A stretch of 64,000 nt of DNA from Ignavibacteriota bacterium (GTDB lineage Bacteria > Bacteroidota > Ignavibacteria > Palsa-1295). Made by a program: the position numbers and the translations under genes. Under the pieces are notes generated by a model. The model did not search any database. It was not told the DNA's origin and worked only from the letters and a program-made list of their open reading frames with translations. Location of the stretch: NCBI GenBank assembly GCA_963787835.1, contig CAWBEI010000003.1, forward strand, positions 160,001-224,000. The letters are read 5' to 3'. Below, piece by piece: positions 40,272 through 50,066 of the stretch (its first letter is position 1; each line of letters begins with the position of its first letter).

Positions 40272-40294
40272 CCGGCGATCGGGAAAAATATCTG

Positions 40295-41050
40295 TCACGC
40301 CAATGTTAACGTTGAATTCCTTCTCGTTAGTGTCTCAAATTGCTCGACAAAATTGCTCCGAACTGCCTCAGCGCATTCCGGTATCGTGATCATCCGCGAA
40401 AAAACATCCGAAAGCGTCGCCGTCTCACGAATAAGTGTTTCTCGCATTTTGATCCGCTCAGATTCCGAAATAGCAAGAAGTTCTGGCAGTTGAAGATGGT
40501 CTTTATTTAGAAGAATTGAGCCATGCTGCAATACCACTTCTCCAAACCTTCGCTGTGCCGAGCCGATCACCTTTCTTCCATCCCACGTAACTTCATGGCG
40601 TGCCGCGCTGGCAAAACATGCGATGGGCAAGCTCGTCTTCTGCCCCGATTCACCTGTTCGCGGCGTAACTTCCAGAGATCGATCCGAACCACCCAGTGTG
40701 CCGATCGAAGCGACTAATGCATTCACTATCCGGTTATGCACGGCATAAAGCCCCTCTGCAGGATGTGCCCGGGTAATGACGGCATACGTAAGCTCATTCG
40801 CATGCAGCACTGCCCTGCCGCCAGTTGGACGCCGCACCACATCGATCCCGCGCTCGCGGCAGCCATCCAAATTGATCGTTTCTATTTTCTGCTGATACCC
40901 GATCGAAACCGCCGATGGCTGCCAGGAGTATAACCTTAATACACTCGGCAACGAAGCATCCTCGATCCGCTCGCGAGTAAGCTCCTCGTCGCGGGACATG
41001 TGGTGCGCGCCGGTTCGTTCGAAATCCTCTTCGATATGCCAGTGGTTCAA
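40295..41050 (-). CDS. Lipoate-protein ligase A family (LplA/LipM-like)
   Basis: LRLYSW, VRRPTGGRAVLH, KVIGSAQRR, LQHGS. Confidence 0.9.
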   Translation of the reverse strand: MNHWHIEEDFERTGAHHMSRDEELTRERIEDASLPSVLRLYSWQPSAVSIGYQQKIETINLDGCRERGIDVVRRPTGGRAVLHANELTYAVITRAHPAEGLYAVHNRIVNALVASIGTLGGSDRSLEVTPRTGESGQKTSLPIACFASAARHEVTWDGRKVIGSAQRRFGEVVLQHGSILLNKDHLQLPELLAISESERIKMRETLIRETATLSDVFSRMITIPECAEAVRSNFVEQFETLTRRNSTLTLA

Positions 41051-41168
41051 ATTAAGAATTAAAAATTAAGAATTAATAGTTATGAATGAAAGTTTCTAAC
41101 CAAGCGATAAGTCACATCTTATATCCTTAACTCTTAATTCTTAATTTTTAATTCTTAATTCTCATAAT
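41050..41168. repeat. Inverted heptamer arrays, (AATTAAG)n and (CTTAATT)n
   Basis: About 6 units at 41050-41091 and 5-6 units at 41126-41169. Confidence 0.85.
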
Positions 41169-42268
41169 TGCCCATTAAGCTTCTCGACCGCTATGTGCTC
41201 CGGCAGTTCTTTACTGCCGTCGTCGTTTCGATGGCGGGTTTTATTATCATTTACATCGCGGTCGATCTGATGGAGAAGCTCGATAAGTTTCTCGATCATC
41301 ATCTCCCATTTAGTGTCGTTCTCGAGTATTACATCAATTTTACACCGCAGATCATCGCACTGATCTTGCCGGTGTGCCTGTTGCTGGGGTCGCTGTTCGC
41401 AACCGGCAAGATGTCAATGTCAAGCGAGATCGTCGCGATGCGTTCCGGCGGCATCTCGCTATACCGCTTGATGGCTCCGTTCGTCATTTCCTCGGCGTTG
41501 GTCTGTGTGGGTTCCGTCTATTTTATTGGATGGATCCTTCCCAGAGCCAATGTCAAAGTCGAAGAAATTATTCGTGACAAATTAGGTGATGACCGCATCG
41601 CCACGCAGCAGATGGATCTGTATCTTCAGGATTCGCCATCGCGCATTGTTTCGATGTCCGATTATTCCTGGGGCCAGCGACGCGGCATGAAGGTATCCGT
41701 TCAGGAATTCGATCCGAAGAATATCACCCACATGATAAGCCGCATCGACGCTTCCATCATTTCCTGGGATTCCACTCGGAATATCTGGCACCTCACGGAT
41801 GCAACGCTTCGAACCTTCCGAACCGATACCACTGCGGAGATCACCAGGCCTCTTTCCGCCGCCGAAAGCAATATGCACTTCAGTTTCCTTCCCGGTGAAC
41901 TGAAAGACCGTTTGCTCAAGATGGATGAAATGACGAATCCCGAACTCGCGAAACGCATCGCCCTCAAACGCCGGTCCGGTCAGGATGTCGCGCAGGACGA
42001 AGTGGATTATCAGAGCAAGTACGCCCTTGCGTTCACCTCGCTCATCGTCGTGCTGTTCGGAGTTCCCTTTGCCTCGAAGAAAAAGCGCGGCGGACTAAGC
42101 TTCGAGTTCTCCATTGCCATTGCGATCGCGTTCGTATATCTTGCATTCTCGAAAGTATTTCAGGCATTCGGATATACCGGCGAAGTACCGCCAACCGTCA
42201 CCGCCTGGCTCGCCAATTTCCTGTTCTTCATCGGATCGCTCATCGTGATCTGGAAAGCACAGAAATAA
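41168..42268 (+). CDS. lptG: LPS export permease (LptF/LptG family)
   Basis: LLDRYVLRQF, SEIVAMRSGGISLYRL, periplasmic beta domain, AWLAN in the last TM. Confidence 0.85.
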   Translation: MPIKLLDRYVLRQFFTAVVVSMAGFIIIYIAVDLMEKLDKFLDHHLPFSVVLEYYINFTPQIIALILPVCLLLGSLFATGKMSMSSEIVAMRSGGISLYRLMAPFVISSALVCVGSVYFIGWILPRANVKVEEIIRDKLGDDRIATQQMDLYLQDSPSRIVSMSDYSWGQRRGMKVSVQEFDPKNITHMISRIDASIISWDSTRNIWHLTDATLRTFRTDTTAEITRPLSAAESNMHFSFLPGELKDRLLKMDEMTNPELAKRIALKRRSGQDVAQDEVDYQSKYALAFTSLIVVLFGVPFASKKKRGGLSFEFSIAIAIAFVYLAFSKVFQAFGYTGEVPPTVTAWLANFLFFIGSLIVIWKAQK

Positions 42269-42318
42269 CGAAGCATCGTTAGGATAGTGTTGCTGCCAAT
42301 CTTGACACCAGGCACTCA

Positions 42319-42560
42319 TAGCTTCCCAAAGAAATAGGTGCCCATCATCTCTCAATTGCATTGTCATTTAATGAACTATTTTTCCATTCCGATCAATAAT
42401 TCATGAACTTATGCAACATGGCGATTCCGAACCCGTTTCGCACTCTTCGATCAATTTTCAATGAACTCCCCCATCCTTCCCTAATCCTGAGAATCGTGTA
42501 AATCGTGGTCTGATTCATACTTCATAATTCATACTTTCCCCGGAGGGTGCCTATCAAAGC
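42319..42560 (-). other. Dispersed intergenic element, copy 2 (possible ncRNA)
   Basis: Same ordered blocks as 11530-11780: TGATAGGCACC, GTTCATTGAAAATT, AATGGAAAAATAGTTCA, ATGGGCACCTATTT. Confidence 0.55.
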
Positions 42561-42566
42561 AACGCC

Positions 42567-42595
42567 AATATACGGACATATTTTAACAATGTCAA
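42567..42595 (-). promoter_or_regulatory. Near-consensus sigma70-type promoter
   Basis: TTGACA (42595-42590), 17-bp spacer, TATATT (42572-42567). Confidence 0.65.
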
Positions 42596-42667
42596 GGATT
42601 TCTAAAATTAATCTTTTTATATTCCTTGCCGTGTGCATGGAAGCGCTGCTCCCATGTCACTCCACAA

Positions 42668-42753
42668 TGTAGCGCCGGCGTCCCCGCCGGTCCCCAATTC
42701 AATGAACCCGGATTGGGGGGGGGGGGGGGACAGGCGAGGACGCCTGCGCTACA
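42668..42753. repeat. GTAG REP doublet (REPIN-like) enclosing a G15 tract
   Basis: TGTAGCGCCGGCGTCCCCGCCGG and inverted TGTAGCGCAGGCGTCCTCGCCTG; G run at 42715-42729. Confidence 0.8.
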
Positions 42754-42862
42754 GTATTTCTAGCCCGGAACCACCTTTACCCGAAGAATCTTAGATAGAT
42801 GTGTATTCCTTCATGCAAATCTCGTCCGTGAAATCGAGAGGGTTTGGGAAAGTGGTAAAGTT

Positions 42863-43801
42863 ATGCTGAAAACATCGTCATTCGTGATCACTGCCGTTCT
42901 CTTGCTCGGCAGCCATCGCGTAAGCGGGCAGACAATGAGTAGCCTCCACGATGTAGCGGAGCGTAAGGGTATGTCGCCACTAAGTGTGCAGGATACCAAC
43001 GTTTCGTCTTGTTCAGCACTTGGCGCCAGCGAGGGCCTGGTAACAGATGGCCTCTACGATCAGGCATATGATTCGGCATGCTCTTACCTCAGCCATTGCT
43101 ACTACCAGTCCATTGCCGCCACTGAAGGTTTTGGTGCATTGCTTGATGCAGCTGTAGATACTACACTCACCCCAATAGGCCGAGCTTCAATGAAAAGCTT
43201 TCTCTTGTCTGTTCTACCTCTTAGAAGCGATGACGACTGGTTTTGCCACTGCGTAAATGCAATAGGTGCTTCGTTCTTCGGGGACACGAATCAGACGCGA
43301 GAGGATTTAAGCCTTTTATATTGGCTTATGAATAATCCTCGCTGTGCTGCTTATCAGGCTGGAATTGCTGGGAGCTACACAAATGAACGCAAGGACGATT
43401 ACCACCTTTGGCAAGATACTATGCACTACCCGGAAAAATACGACTCCACGCTTCTCACCATGCAGCAAATGGGACTCGATACGGTCCTGAAAATTTCTGC
43501 AACCGAGGGGGTTTCACCAGAAGCGATGGGCACGCAGATTCTACTCAATGCACACATCACTTCAAATCCGTTTACGAATGAAACGAACTTATCGCTTTTA
43601 ATCGGACGTGAAGCTTATGTAACGATTCAGGTATTCGATCTTCTCGGTCGCCAAATATCTGGCGTAGGCTACGAGGGCGTGTTCGAACAAGGTTCCCGCG
43701 TCATCCCTCTTGCAATGGATGCCGCGCCGCCGGGTATCTATTACCTCCGCATCTCAACCACCAACAATGAGGCACAAACGCTGAAGCTGACGAAGAAATA
43801 A
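42863..43801 (+). CDS. Secreted protein with T9SS-like CTD
   Basis: Signal peptide; helical Cys-containing body; CTD NPFT..VFDLLGRQ..PGIYYLRI..KLTKK. Confidence 0.8.
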   Translation: MLKTSSFVITAVLLLGSHRVSGQTMSSLHDVAERKGMSPLSVQDTNVSSCSALGASEGLVTDGLYDQAYDSACSYLSHCYYQSIAATEGFGALLDAAVDTTLTPIGRASMKSFLLSVLPLRSDDDWFCHCVNAIGASFFGDTNQTREDLSLLYWLMNNPRCAAYQAGIAGSYTNERKDDYHLWQDTMHYPEKYDSTLLTMQQMGLDTVLKISATEGVSPEAMGTQILLNAHITSNPFTNETNLSLLIGREAYVTIQVFDLLGRQISGVGYEGVFEQGSRVIPLAMDAAPPGIYYLRISTTNNEAQTLKLTKK

Positions 43802-43818
43802 ACCACTCACGCCCCAAC

Positions 43819-43845
43819 CTCTCCCTACAGGGGAGAGATTTTTTT
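43819..43845 (+). terminator. Rho-independent terminator
   Basis: CTCTCCC-tacag-GGGAGAG followed by a T7 run, between convergent genes. Confidence 0.7.
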
Positions 43846-43860
43846 ATCTCAATTCCCCAT

Positions 43861-45726
43861 TCATTTCTTCTTCCCTTTCGCATCCATACCCGGCTTTGGC
43901 TTTGTTTCGTTAAATAGCTCAACAAGGTTTCGTTCCGAGAGGAACTGGATGATCTGGTGCTTTACATCTTCGGGGGAAATGGCGTCCGTAAGCACTTTGG
44001 CCGTAAGCGCTTTGCATTCTTCATAATTAAGACTTCGCACCCTGTTGGAAAGGGCATGCACCGCAGAAGGGGTCACGGAAATTTCCTGTATTCCCATGCC
44101 AACTAAAAGTGGGGTTGCAAGCGCGTAGCTGCCAAGCTCACCACAGATCGAAACAGGTTTGCCATGGCGCAGCCCTGCGGCAATCGTAGTCTGTATCAGC
44201 CGCAGCACTGCCGGATGCAATTCCTGATAGAGCGTCGAGATGAGATCATTCCCACGATCGACCGCCAATGTGTATTGCGTAAGATCGTTCGAGCCAATAG
44301 AAAAGTAATCGACGTACGGCACGAAGGTTTCCGCCATGATCGCCGCGCTTGGAACCTCGACCATAATGCCAACGGGGATATGTTCATCGAACTGTTCCCC
44401 GTTCCTTCGCAGGTCGTGTTTTGCCTGGGCAACGAAGTCGAGCGCGCGTTTCTGTTCATCGACGGTCGTGACCATAGGAAACATGATCTTCAGATTCCCG
44501 CGAACGGACGCCCGCAGGATCGCGCGCAATTGCGCAGAAAATAATTCCGGCTCATCCAAAGAGATCCTAAGTCCGCGCCAGCCGAGGAAGGGGTTATCCT
44601 CTCTATATGATCCGCTGAGCACTTTATCGCCACCGACATCGAACGTTCGGAGTGTCACGCTCGCCGGGAAAAAGCGATCGGCGATCTCGATGTACAGCGC
44701 GGTTTGCTCTTCTTCGGATGGGAACTCATCATGCAAAAGCAGAAAATGCTCGGTTCGAACAAGCCCAAGCCCCAACTGCTTTTGTCCATCGGCAGTGGCT
44801 GTAACCTCACTGAGTTTTTCTGCTTCCGCGATCGAGACCTCATTGCCAAACTCAAGATTCAAGAACAGCGTAACCGCATGTCCATCCTTCGTAAGTGCAG
44901 CAGGAGCATCCTCATTGGTAATGGTAAGCCCGGGATCACCGCTCGCGCGGAGTGCAAAACTTTGTTCGCGCTCATATTCTTTGAGGGTCTGCGCGTCCGG
45001 CCGGATAATGAGTTCCCCTAGATCGCCATCGAGAATAATGATATCCCCTGTTTCCACTTGAGCGGCAGAGGAATGCAGCGAAACAAGCGCCGGAATTCCG
45101 AGCGAGCGGGCAAGAATAGCAACATGGCTCGTTATTCCCCCACCATCGATCGCAAAACCAAGCATCGAAGAGCGGGAAAATAGAATAGCATCCGCGGGCG
45201 TGAGCATGTCGGCAACAAGGATCGAAGGCGCTTCGATCTTGGACTGCCATTTCTTGCTATCGAGCAAATACCGCAGCAATCGTTGCTTGATATCTTCAAT
45301 ATCCTGGGCACGTTCGCGCATCAGGAGATTGTCCCCAGATTCGAGCATTCTCTGATGGGCAGAAAATTCGACATCCACCACGTATGCTGCCGGTTTAAGC
45401 TCATGCTTGACGCGCTGGCGGATCGTACTCAGAATAAATTCATCCGAGACCATCATCATTTGCGCCTCGAAAATGAACGAAGCAGATGCTCCAACCTTTT
45501 GCTCGGCCACGCGGCGCACTTTCTCGATCTCCTGCCGCGCTTTGTTGACCGCCGCATCGAAGGATTCGATCTCAGAGCCTACTTCATTCAGATCGAGATC
45601 GCGATTCTCAGCACTGAGCAGTGTGCGAACATACCGATGCGCAGGACCAATGGCAACGCCACGGCTTGCCGCGATTCCGCTGAATCGCAGCATCTCTTTC
45701 GCCTCTGTATGCCGGTGCTGAGTCAT
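43861..45726 (-). CDS. ptsI: PEP-protein phosphotransferase (PTS enzyme I)
   Basis: GIAASRGVAIG, TSHVAILAR (phospho-His), EDNPFLGWRGLR, GIMVEVP, SIGSNDLTQY, ICGE. Confidence 0.95.
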   Translation of the reverse strand: MTQHRHTEAKEMLRFSGIAASRGVAIGPAHRYVRTLLSAENRDLDLNEVGSEIESFDAAVNKARQEIEKVRRVAEQKVGASASFIFEAQMMMVSDEFILSTIRQRVKHELKPAAYVVDVEFSAHQRMLESGDNLLMRERAQDIEDIKQRLLRYLLDSKKWQSKIEAPSILVADMLTPADAILFSRSSMLGFAIDGGGITSHVAILARSLGIPALVSLHSSAAQVETGDIIILDGDLGELIIRPDAQTLKEYEREQSFALRASGDPGLTITNEDAPAALTKDGHAVTLFLNLEFGNEVSIAEAEKLSEVTATADGQKQLGLGLVRTEHFLLLHDEFPSEEEQTALYIEIADRFFPASVTLRTFDVGGDKVLSGSYREDNPFLGWRGLRISLDEPELFSAQLRAILRASVRGNLKIMFPMVTTVDEQKRALDFVAQAKHDLRRNGEQFDEHIPVGIMVEVPSAAIMAETFVPYVDYFSIGSNDLTQYTLAVDRGNDLISTLYQELHPAVLRLIQTTIAAGLRHGKPVSICGELGSYALATPLLVGMGIQEISVTPSAVHALSNRVRSLNYEECKALTAKVLTDAISPEDVKHQIIQFLSERNLVELFNETKPKPGMDAKGKKK

Positions 45727-45763
45727 AGGGTAGTGCCCCAAGTAAATGAGTACTCGCTACTCG

Positions 45764-46033
45764 TTATATTTCCTCTTCAAAACCTTTTTGAAAATAATCC
45801 ACCAGTTCCTGCATGGCCGCTTCTTCATCGGGGCCGTCGCATTCCAATTCAAGCTGGCTGCCTTGCGCAGCCGCCAGCGTCATGACGCCAATAATGGATT
45901 TGCCATTAATTCGAAATCCATCCTTAATAATGAAAAATTCCGACTGGAACTTGCTCGCGAGTTTCACGATCGCGGCGGCGGGCCGGGTATGCAGCCCGGC
46001 GCGATTGATAATGGTCACCGTCTTCTGAATCAC
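45764..46033 (-). CDS. ptsH: Phosphocarrier protein HPr
   Basis: GLHTRPA (His15) and NGKSIIGVM (Ser46 equivalent); GTG start at 46033. Confidence 0.95.
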   Translation of the reverse strand: MIQKTVTIINRAGLHTRPAAAIVKLASKFQSEFFIIKDGFRINGKSIIGVMTLAAAQGSQLELECDGPDEEAAMQELVDYFQKGFEEEI

Positions 46034-46180
46034 AAAAAAATGGGTAGTATGGTTGGATCGTATGAATAACAGGAGGCTCTCTAACACAGATAAGATGGTA
46101 AAATAAGCCCAAAAATAACGATCGGATGGAAAAATTATGAAAGCGTAAATCAAACTCGATGCTGTTTCGGTTAAGGGAGC

Positions 46181-47455
46181 ATGAAATACTCGGTTGCCAT
46201 TGTTGGCGGAGGTGCAGGTGGCATCTTTGCTGCATTATCCGCATCCAGAACCGCTCGCGAGAGCGGTATGGAGCTCGATGTGCACCTCTTCGAACGCAAT
46301 CCCCGTATCGGCATAAAGATCCTCATCTCCGGAGGCGGAAAATGTAATATCACCCACGCTGGGCCCATCGAAGAAGTATTGAAGGAGGGGTTTCCCCGGA
46401 AGATCGAGCAACGGTTTTTGAAAAAGGTCCTGTATCGATTCACCAATCAGGATGTGATCGCACTGCTCGAATGGCATAATGTCAGTGTACACACGCGGGA
46501 TAATGGCCGGGTCTTTCCAAACTCAGGAAGGGCCGATGATGTGTTGAATGCGTTCGAGAATGAACTTCGCCGGTGTGGGGTGATCGTTCACACAAAATCC
46601 CGCATCGAATCGGTGGAAGTTACGGCGGATGGGAATTGGAATGTCGTATCCAATGGGCAGCACATTATCGCCAACGCACTGGTACTCGCGACCGGTGGCA
46701 CAAGCTACTCCAAAACCGGAACGACCGGCGATGGCATCGAGTACGCCCGCATACTTGGACATACGATCGTGCCCATCCGCTCTGCACTGGCGCCGATCTA
46801 TCTGAAGGAAGTTCCGGATCAATCCCTTGTAGGAATTTCATTGCGAGATATTGAGATCGGCATTGTGCAAAATGGAAAAACACACGCTCGGCAGCGAGGC
46901 GATGCTCTCATCACGCATCGCGGGCTTTCCGGTCCGGCAATATTAGGCATCAGTAATGCTGCCAGCATTCTCATGGAAGATGGCTCCATTTCTATCGAAG
47001 CGAGTCTTATTGGCAAAAATGAAAGTGAGGTAAGAGCAACGCTCGTCGAGGCACAACAGTCGCTTCCCCGGCAGCACGTAAAGACCTATCTCGAATCACT
47101 GCTTCCAAATCGCTTTGTGCCTTTCGTTATGGAACAGGCAAATGTTCCCGCTGAAAGAAAATGGCATGAGGTTCAACGCGATGAGCGAACCCGGCTGTGT
47201 ACTGCACTCGTCCGTTATAACTTCGGAGCAGTGTCGGAGATCCCGCTGGAACGCGGGGAAGTAACTTCGGGCGGTGTTGCCCTCGGAGAAATAGATCCGA
47301 ATACGATGATGTCCCGTATTCATTCGGGGTTATTTCTTGCCGGTGAAATGCTCGATGTTGCTGGCGAGATCGGGGGCTATAATCTCCAGGCTGCCTACTC
47401 TACGGGATGGGTCGCGGGGGAAGCTGCGGCAACGTTCCTGTTCTCAAAAAAATAA
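46181..47455 (+). CDS. HI0933/BaiN family flavoprotein
   Basis: GGGAGG, KILISGGGKCN, ATGGTSY..GTTGDG, THRGLSGP, GGYNLQAAYSTG. Confidence 0.92.
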   Translation: MKYSVAIVGGGAGGIFAALSASRTARESGMELDVHLFERNPRIGIKILISGGGKCNITHAGPIEEVLKEGFPRKIEQRFLKKVLYRFTNQDVIALLEWHNVSVHTRDNGRVFPNSGRADDVLNAFENELRRCGVIVHTKSRIESVEVTADGNWNVVSNGQHIIANALVLATGGTSYSKTGTTGDGIEYARILGHTIVPIRSALAPIYLKEVPDQSLVGISLRDIEIGIVQNGKTHARQRGDALITHRGLSGPAILGISNAASILMEDGSISIEASLIGKNESEVRATLVEAQQSLPRQHVKTYLESLLPNRFVPFVMEQANVPAERKWHEVQRDERTRLCTALVRYNFGAVSEIPLERGEVTSGGVALGEIDPNTMMSRIHSGLFLAGEMLDVAGEIGGYNLQAAYSTGWVAGEAAATFLFSKK

Positions 47456-47491
47456 AAGAGCGGCCCGGTAAACGGACCGCTCTTCTCTTTT
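47456..47491. terminator. Probable bidirectional terminator
   Basis: AAGAGCGG...CCGCTCTT stem, A-rich on the left and T-rich on the right, between convergent genes. Confidence 0.7.
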
Positions 47492-47546
47492 GCTTCTGCT
47501 TCTTCTCTTCAGGCCACCATGAAAAGGCCTGAAGCAGGACACTTAT

Positions 47547-47975
47547 TTAGTTCTGTGTGACGGGAATCGAAGATTTCGTCACGTCTTCTACTTCGCGCAT
47601 CACCACGGCAAAATCCCGTTTAATTTGCTGCGTTTGTTGAATGGCCGGAGTTTCGATGAGTTCATCTTTCGTGAGGATCGAATCCCCTTCGAGATGCACC
47701 CAATACTTTTTGTTCGGCTGCAGCACGACCAGATACTTCCCAGTCTCGCGGTTCGAGGTGCTGCAGGTGATCTCGCGAGCCGTATCGCCGACTTCACGAA
47801 TGCTGACCTTGACCGACGTTGGCTTTGAACTTTCATCCGAGCGAACGATGCCGCTCATGACGACCACCGCGCGCGAAAATGTTTGCGAACGACCGGCATT
47901 CGGAACCAAGATAGAGGAAATAGCGACAAGAGCTGTGGCGCTCGCTATTTTTAAGAATGTTGATTTCATGTTCAT
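47547..47975 (-). CDS. Secreted protein with carboxypeptidase-regulatory-like (beta-sandwich) domain
   Basis: Signal peptide from MNMKST; SGIVR..SNRETGKYLVVLQPNKKY pattern. The longer upstream ORF extension is probably non-coding leader. Confidence 0.7.
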   Translation of the reverse strand: MNMKSTFLKIASATALVAISSILVPNAGRSQTFSRAVVVMSGIVRSDESSKPTSVKVSIREVGDTAREITCSTSNRETGKYLVVLQPNKKYWVHLEGDSILTKDELIETPAIQQTQQIKRDFAVVMREVEDVTKSSIPVTQN

Positions 47976-48026
47976 TGTAAGAATAAGGCTATTGTAGAGA
48001 GGAGTGAATATGAGGATGGCAAAACG

Positions 48027-48122
48027 ACCAGGCCCGAGAGGAGGGCGCATGTACTGAACATCTTGAGGAGGAATGCTCAGACCCGCGCTTCTACGCATCA
48101 TCGTCGATGCTGTTACCTGATG
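48027..48122 (-). other. Candidate structured 5' leader RNA
   Basis: Follows TATTTTTG (48137-48130); closing stem AUCAGG/CCUGGU, hairpins GCAUC/GAUGC and CUGAGCAU/AUGUUCAG. Confidence 0.4.
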
Positions 48123-48431
48123 TGTGCCACAAAAATAGGAATCTGGAATTGCGCCACAGTTACCGCTATTTTTCGATTCCATTAGTTTGTTCATGTTCAC
48201 TAAAAGCTGCAAATCGCACTACTGGTAGTATATTGTTCCAATAGGATGCCAACGTTCAGAATGCGCTTTATGAGCGTTAAACGGAACTTTGAGGAATTTT
48301 CGATCTTCGTGAAACATTTTAAATGCGCGCTTCTGTGGACAATTCTTTGTTGGACTGTATAGAACGCTTCGTGTGTTATCTTTTCCTTAATTCGAGAAAA
48401 AGAACGAAACTTTATTCTATCAGCCGGAAAC

Positions 48432-49289
48432 TTGCTCTTTCAGAAAAATAATATCGCCGTACTCTTCGCGCTCGTCGGCGCGATGGCAACGGGCTGTGCT
48501 TCTACCCCGAAGCTGACAACAACGAACCCCGAACGCCACATCGAGGCCAGCGATCAGGCGCTTGGGAATGTTCGTTCGTGGCTCGCTGCTCGATCGCTTA
48601 TCGCCAGAAGCATGAGCGTAGCCGGTGACGTTACGTTCGATCAAAATGGAGAATCGAACTCCGCAAGTTTTGCAATGAAAAGCAAACGGCTCGATGCGAA
48701 CGGCAACCGTATCGATTCGCTGAGTATAGAAGTATTGGGACCGTTTGGAATTAAACTTGCGCGGTTTCTGGCTTCTCCCGAGCAATACACCTTCTATGAT
48801 ATTTTGCACGGCCAACGCGTGACCGGTGCGACCGATGCACAATCACTGGAAGCGCTGACTCAATTACAGGGCGTCTCGCTTGGGATGATGAGCGATCTTA
48901 TCTACGGCCTTCCTTCAACCGAGACACGGTCAGAGGCAGACGAGCACTTCTATTCGAACGGTAGTTCCCATTACACGCTTGTGGTCCACGAAGCAGAAAC
49001 GAACACTACGTCGGCGCTTGACCTCGAAGGTGTTTTGCCGAACGATTCGGTAAAAGGCGACCTTATGGTCGTTCGCTATCGAAGGTGGAATGGAACGATC
49101 GATCCAAAGACGGTTTCATTCCCGCCCTCGCTTACCATCCATTTTTCGGAACCGATCGTAGTCAACGGCATTTCCGTTCCACAACATATCGATGCAACGG
49201 CCGGCCCAAACAAACTGACACTGACCTACGATCACATCGATGTGAACTCCCCTTCACTCACTGTAAAAATTAAAATGCCTTCGCAATGA
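48432..49289 (+). CDS. Lipoprotein (DUF4292/LolB-like)
   Basis: Lipobox MATGC; IDSLSIEVLGPFGIKLAR motif. Confidence 0.7.
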   Translation: MLFQKNNIAVLFALVGAMATGCASTPKLTTTNPERHIEASDQALGNVRSWLAARSLIARSMSVAGDVTFDQNGESNSASFAMKSKRLDANGNRIDSLSIEVLGPFGIKLARFLASPEQYTFYDILHGQRVTGATDAQSLEALTQLQGVSLGMMSDLIYGLPSTETRSEADEHFYSNGSSHYTLVVHEAETNTTSALDLEGVLPNDSVKGDLMVVRYRRWNGTIDPKTVSFPPSLTIHFSEPIVVNGISVPQHIDATAGPNKLTLTYDHIDVNSPSLTVKIKMPSQ

Positions 49290-50062
49290 TAGAAATTCTA
49301 CATCTCTCCAAACGCTATGGCACTACGCTCGCCGTCGAGGATCTTTCTCTTGAGATCGGTGCCGGAGAAATTTTCGCGCTGCTCGGCCCAAACGGCGCGG
49401 GGAAATCTTCGACTGTTAAAGTATTGACCGGGCTTTCACGACCGACAACGGGAATTGTTCGCATTGCCGGTTTCGATGTGGTCGAGGAACCCCTCGAGGT
49501 AAAAAATCGAGTCGGTTATGTACCGGAAAATGCGATACTCTATGAGAGCCTCACTGCGGATGAGTACCTTGACCTCGCGGGTACGCTCCGACATATTGAT
49601 AGAAAAAGACTTGCTGAACAGCGTGAAGAGCTTTTCTCTCTGTTCGAACTTTCGAAAGAAGACCGAAAAAAATTACTCTCTGAATTTTCGAAAGGGATGA
49701 AGCAAAAGGTGTTGCTCATCTCCGCTCTCATTCACAATCCGGAAGTATTAATTTTAGATGAACCGCTTTCTGGCCTCGATGCGAATGCCGCGCTCATTTT
49801 TAAAGAGGTGATTCGAAAATTTGCACATGGTACTTCAGGAAAGACCATCTTCTTTTGCTCCCACGTTCTGGATGTTGTTGAGCGGTTATGTGACCGGATC
49901 GCGATTATGAATCACGGTAAGCTTATTGCGATCGGCACACCACAAGAGTTGCTTGAAGAATCCGGCGAGGCGTCGCTCGAACTGGCATTTCACAAACTCA
50001 CCGGTGGCGCGGACATCGAGCGCTCGACCGATGAAGTGATGCGCGCACTTTCGCAGGAGTAA
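49286..50062 (+). CDS. ABC transporter ATP-binding protein
   Basis: GPNGAGKS, FSKGMKQK, LILDEP, CSH. Confidence 0.95.
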   Translation: MIEILHLSKRYGTTLAVEDLSLEIGAGEIFALLGPNGAGKSSTVKVLTGLSRPTTGIVRIAGFDVVEEPLEVKNRVGYVPENAILYESLTADEYLDLAGTLRHIDRKRLAEQREELFSLFELSKEDRKKLLSEFSKGMKQKVLLISALIHNPEVLILDEPLSGLDANAALIFKEVIRKFAHGTSGKTIFFCSHVLDVVERLCDRIAIMNHGKLIAIGTPQELLEESGEASLELAFHKLTGGADIERSTDEVMRALSQE

Positions 50063-50066
50063 AATC

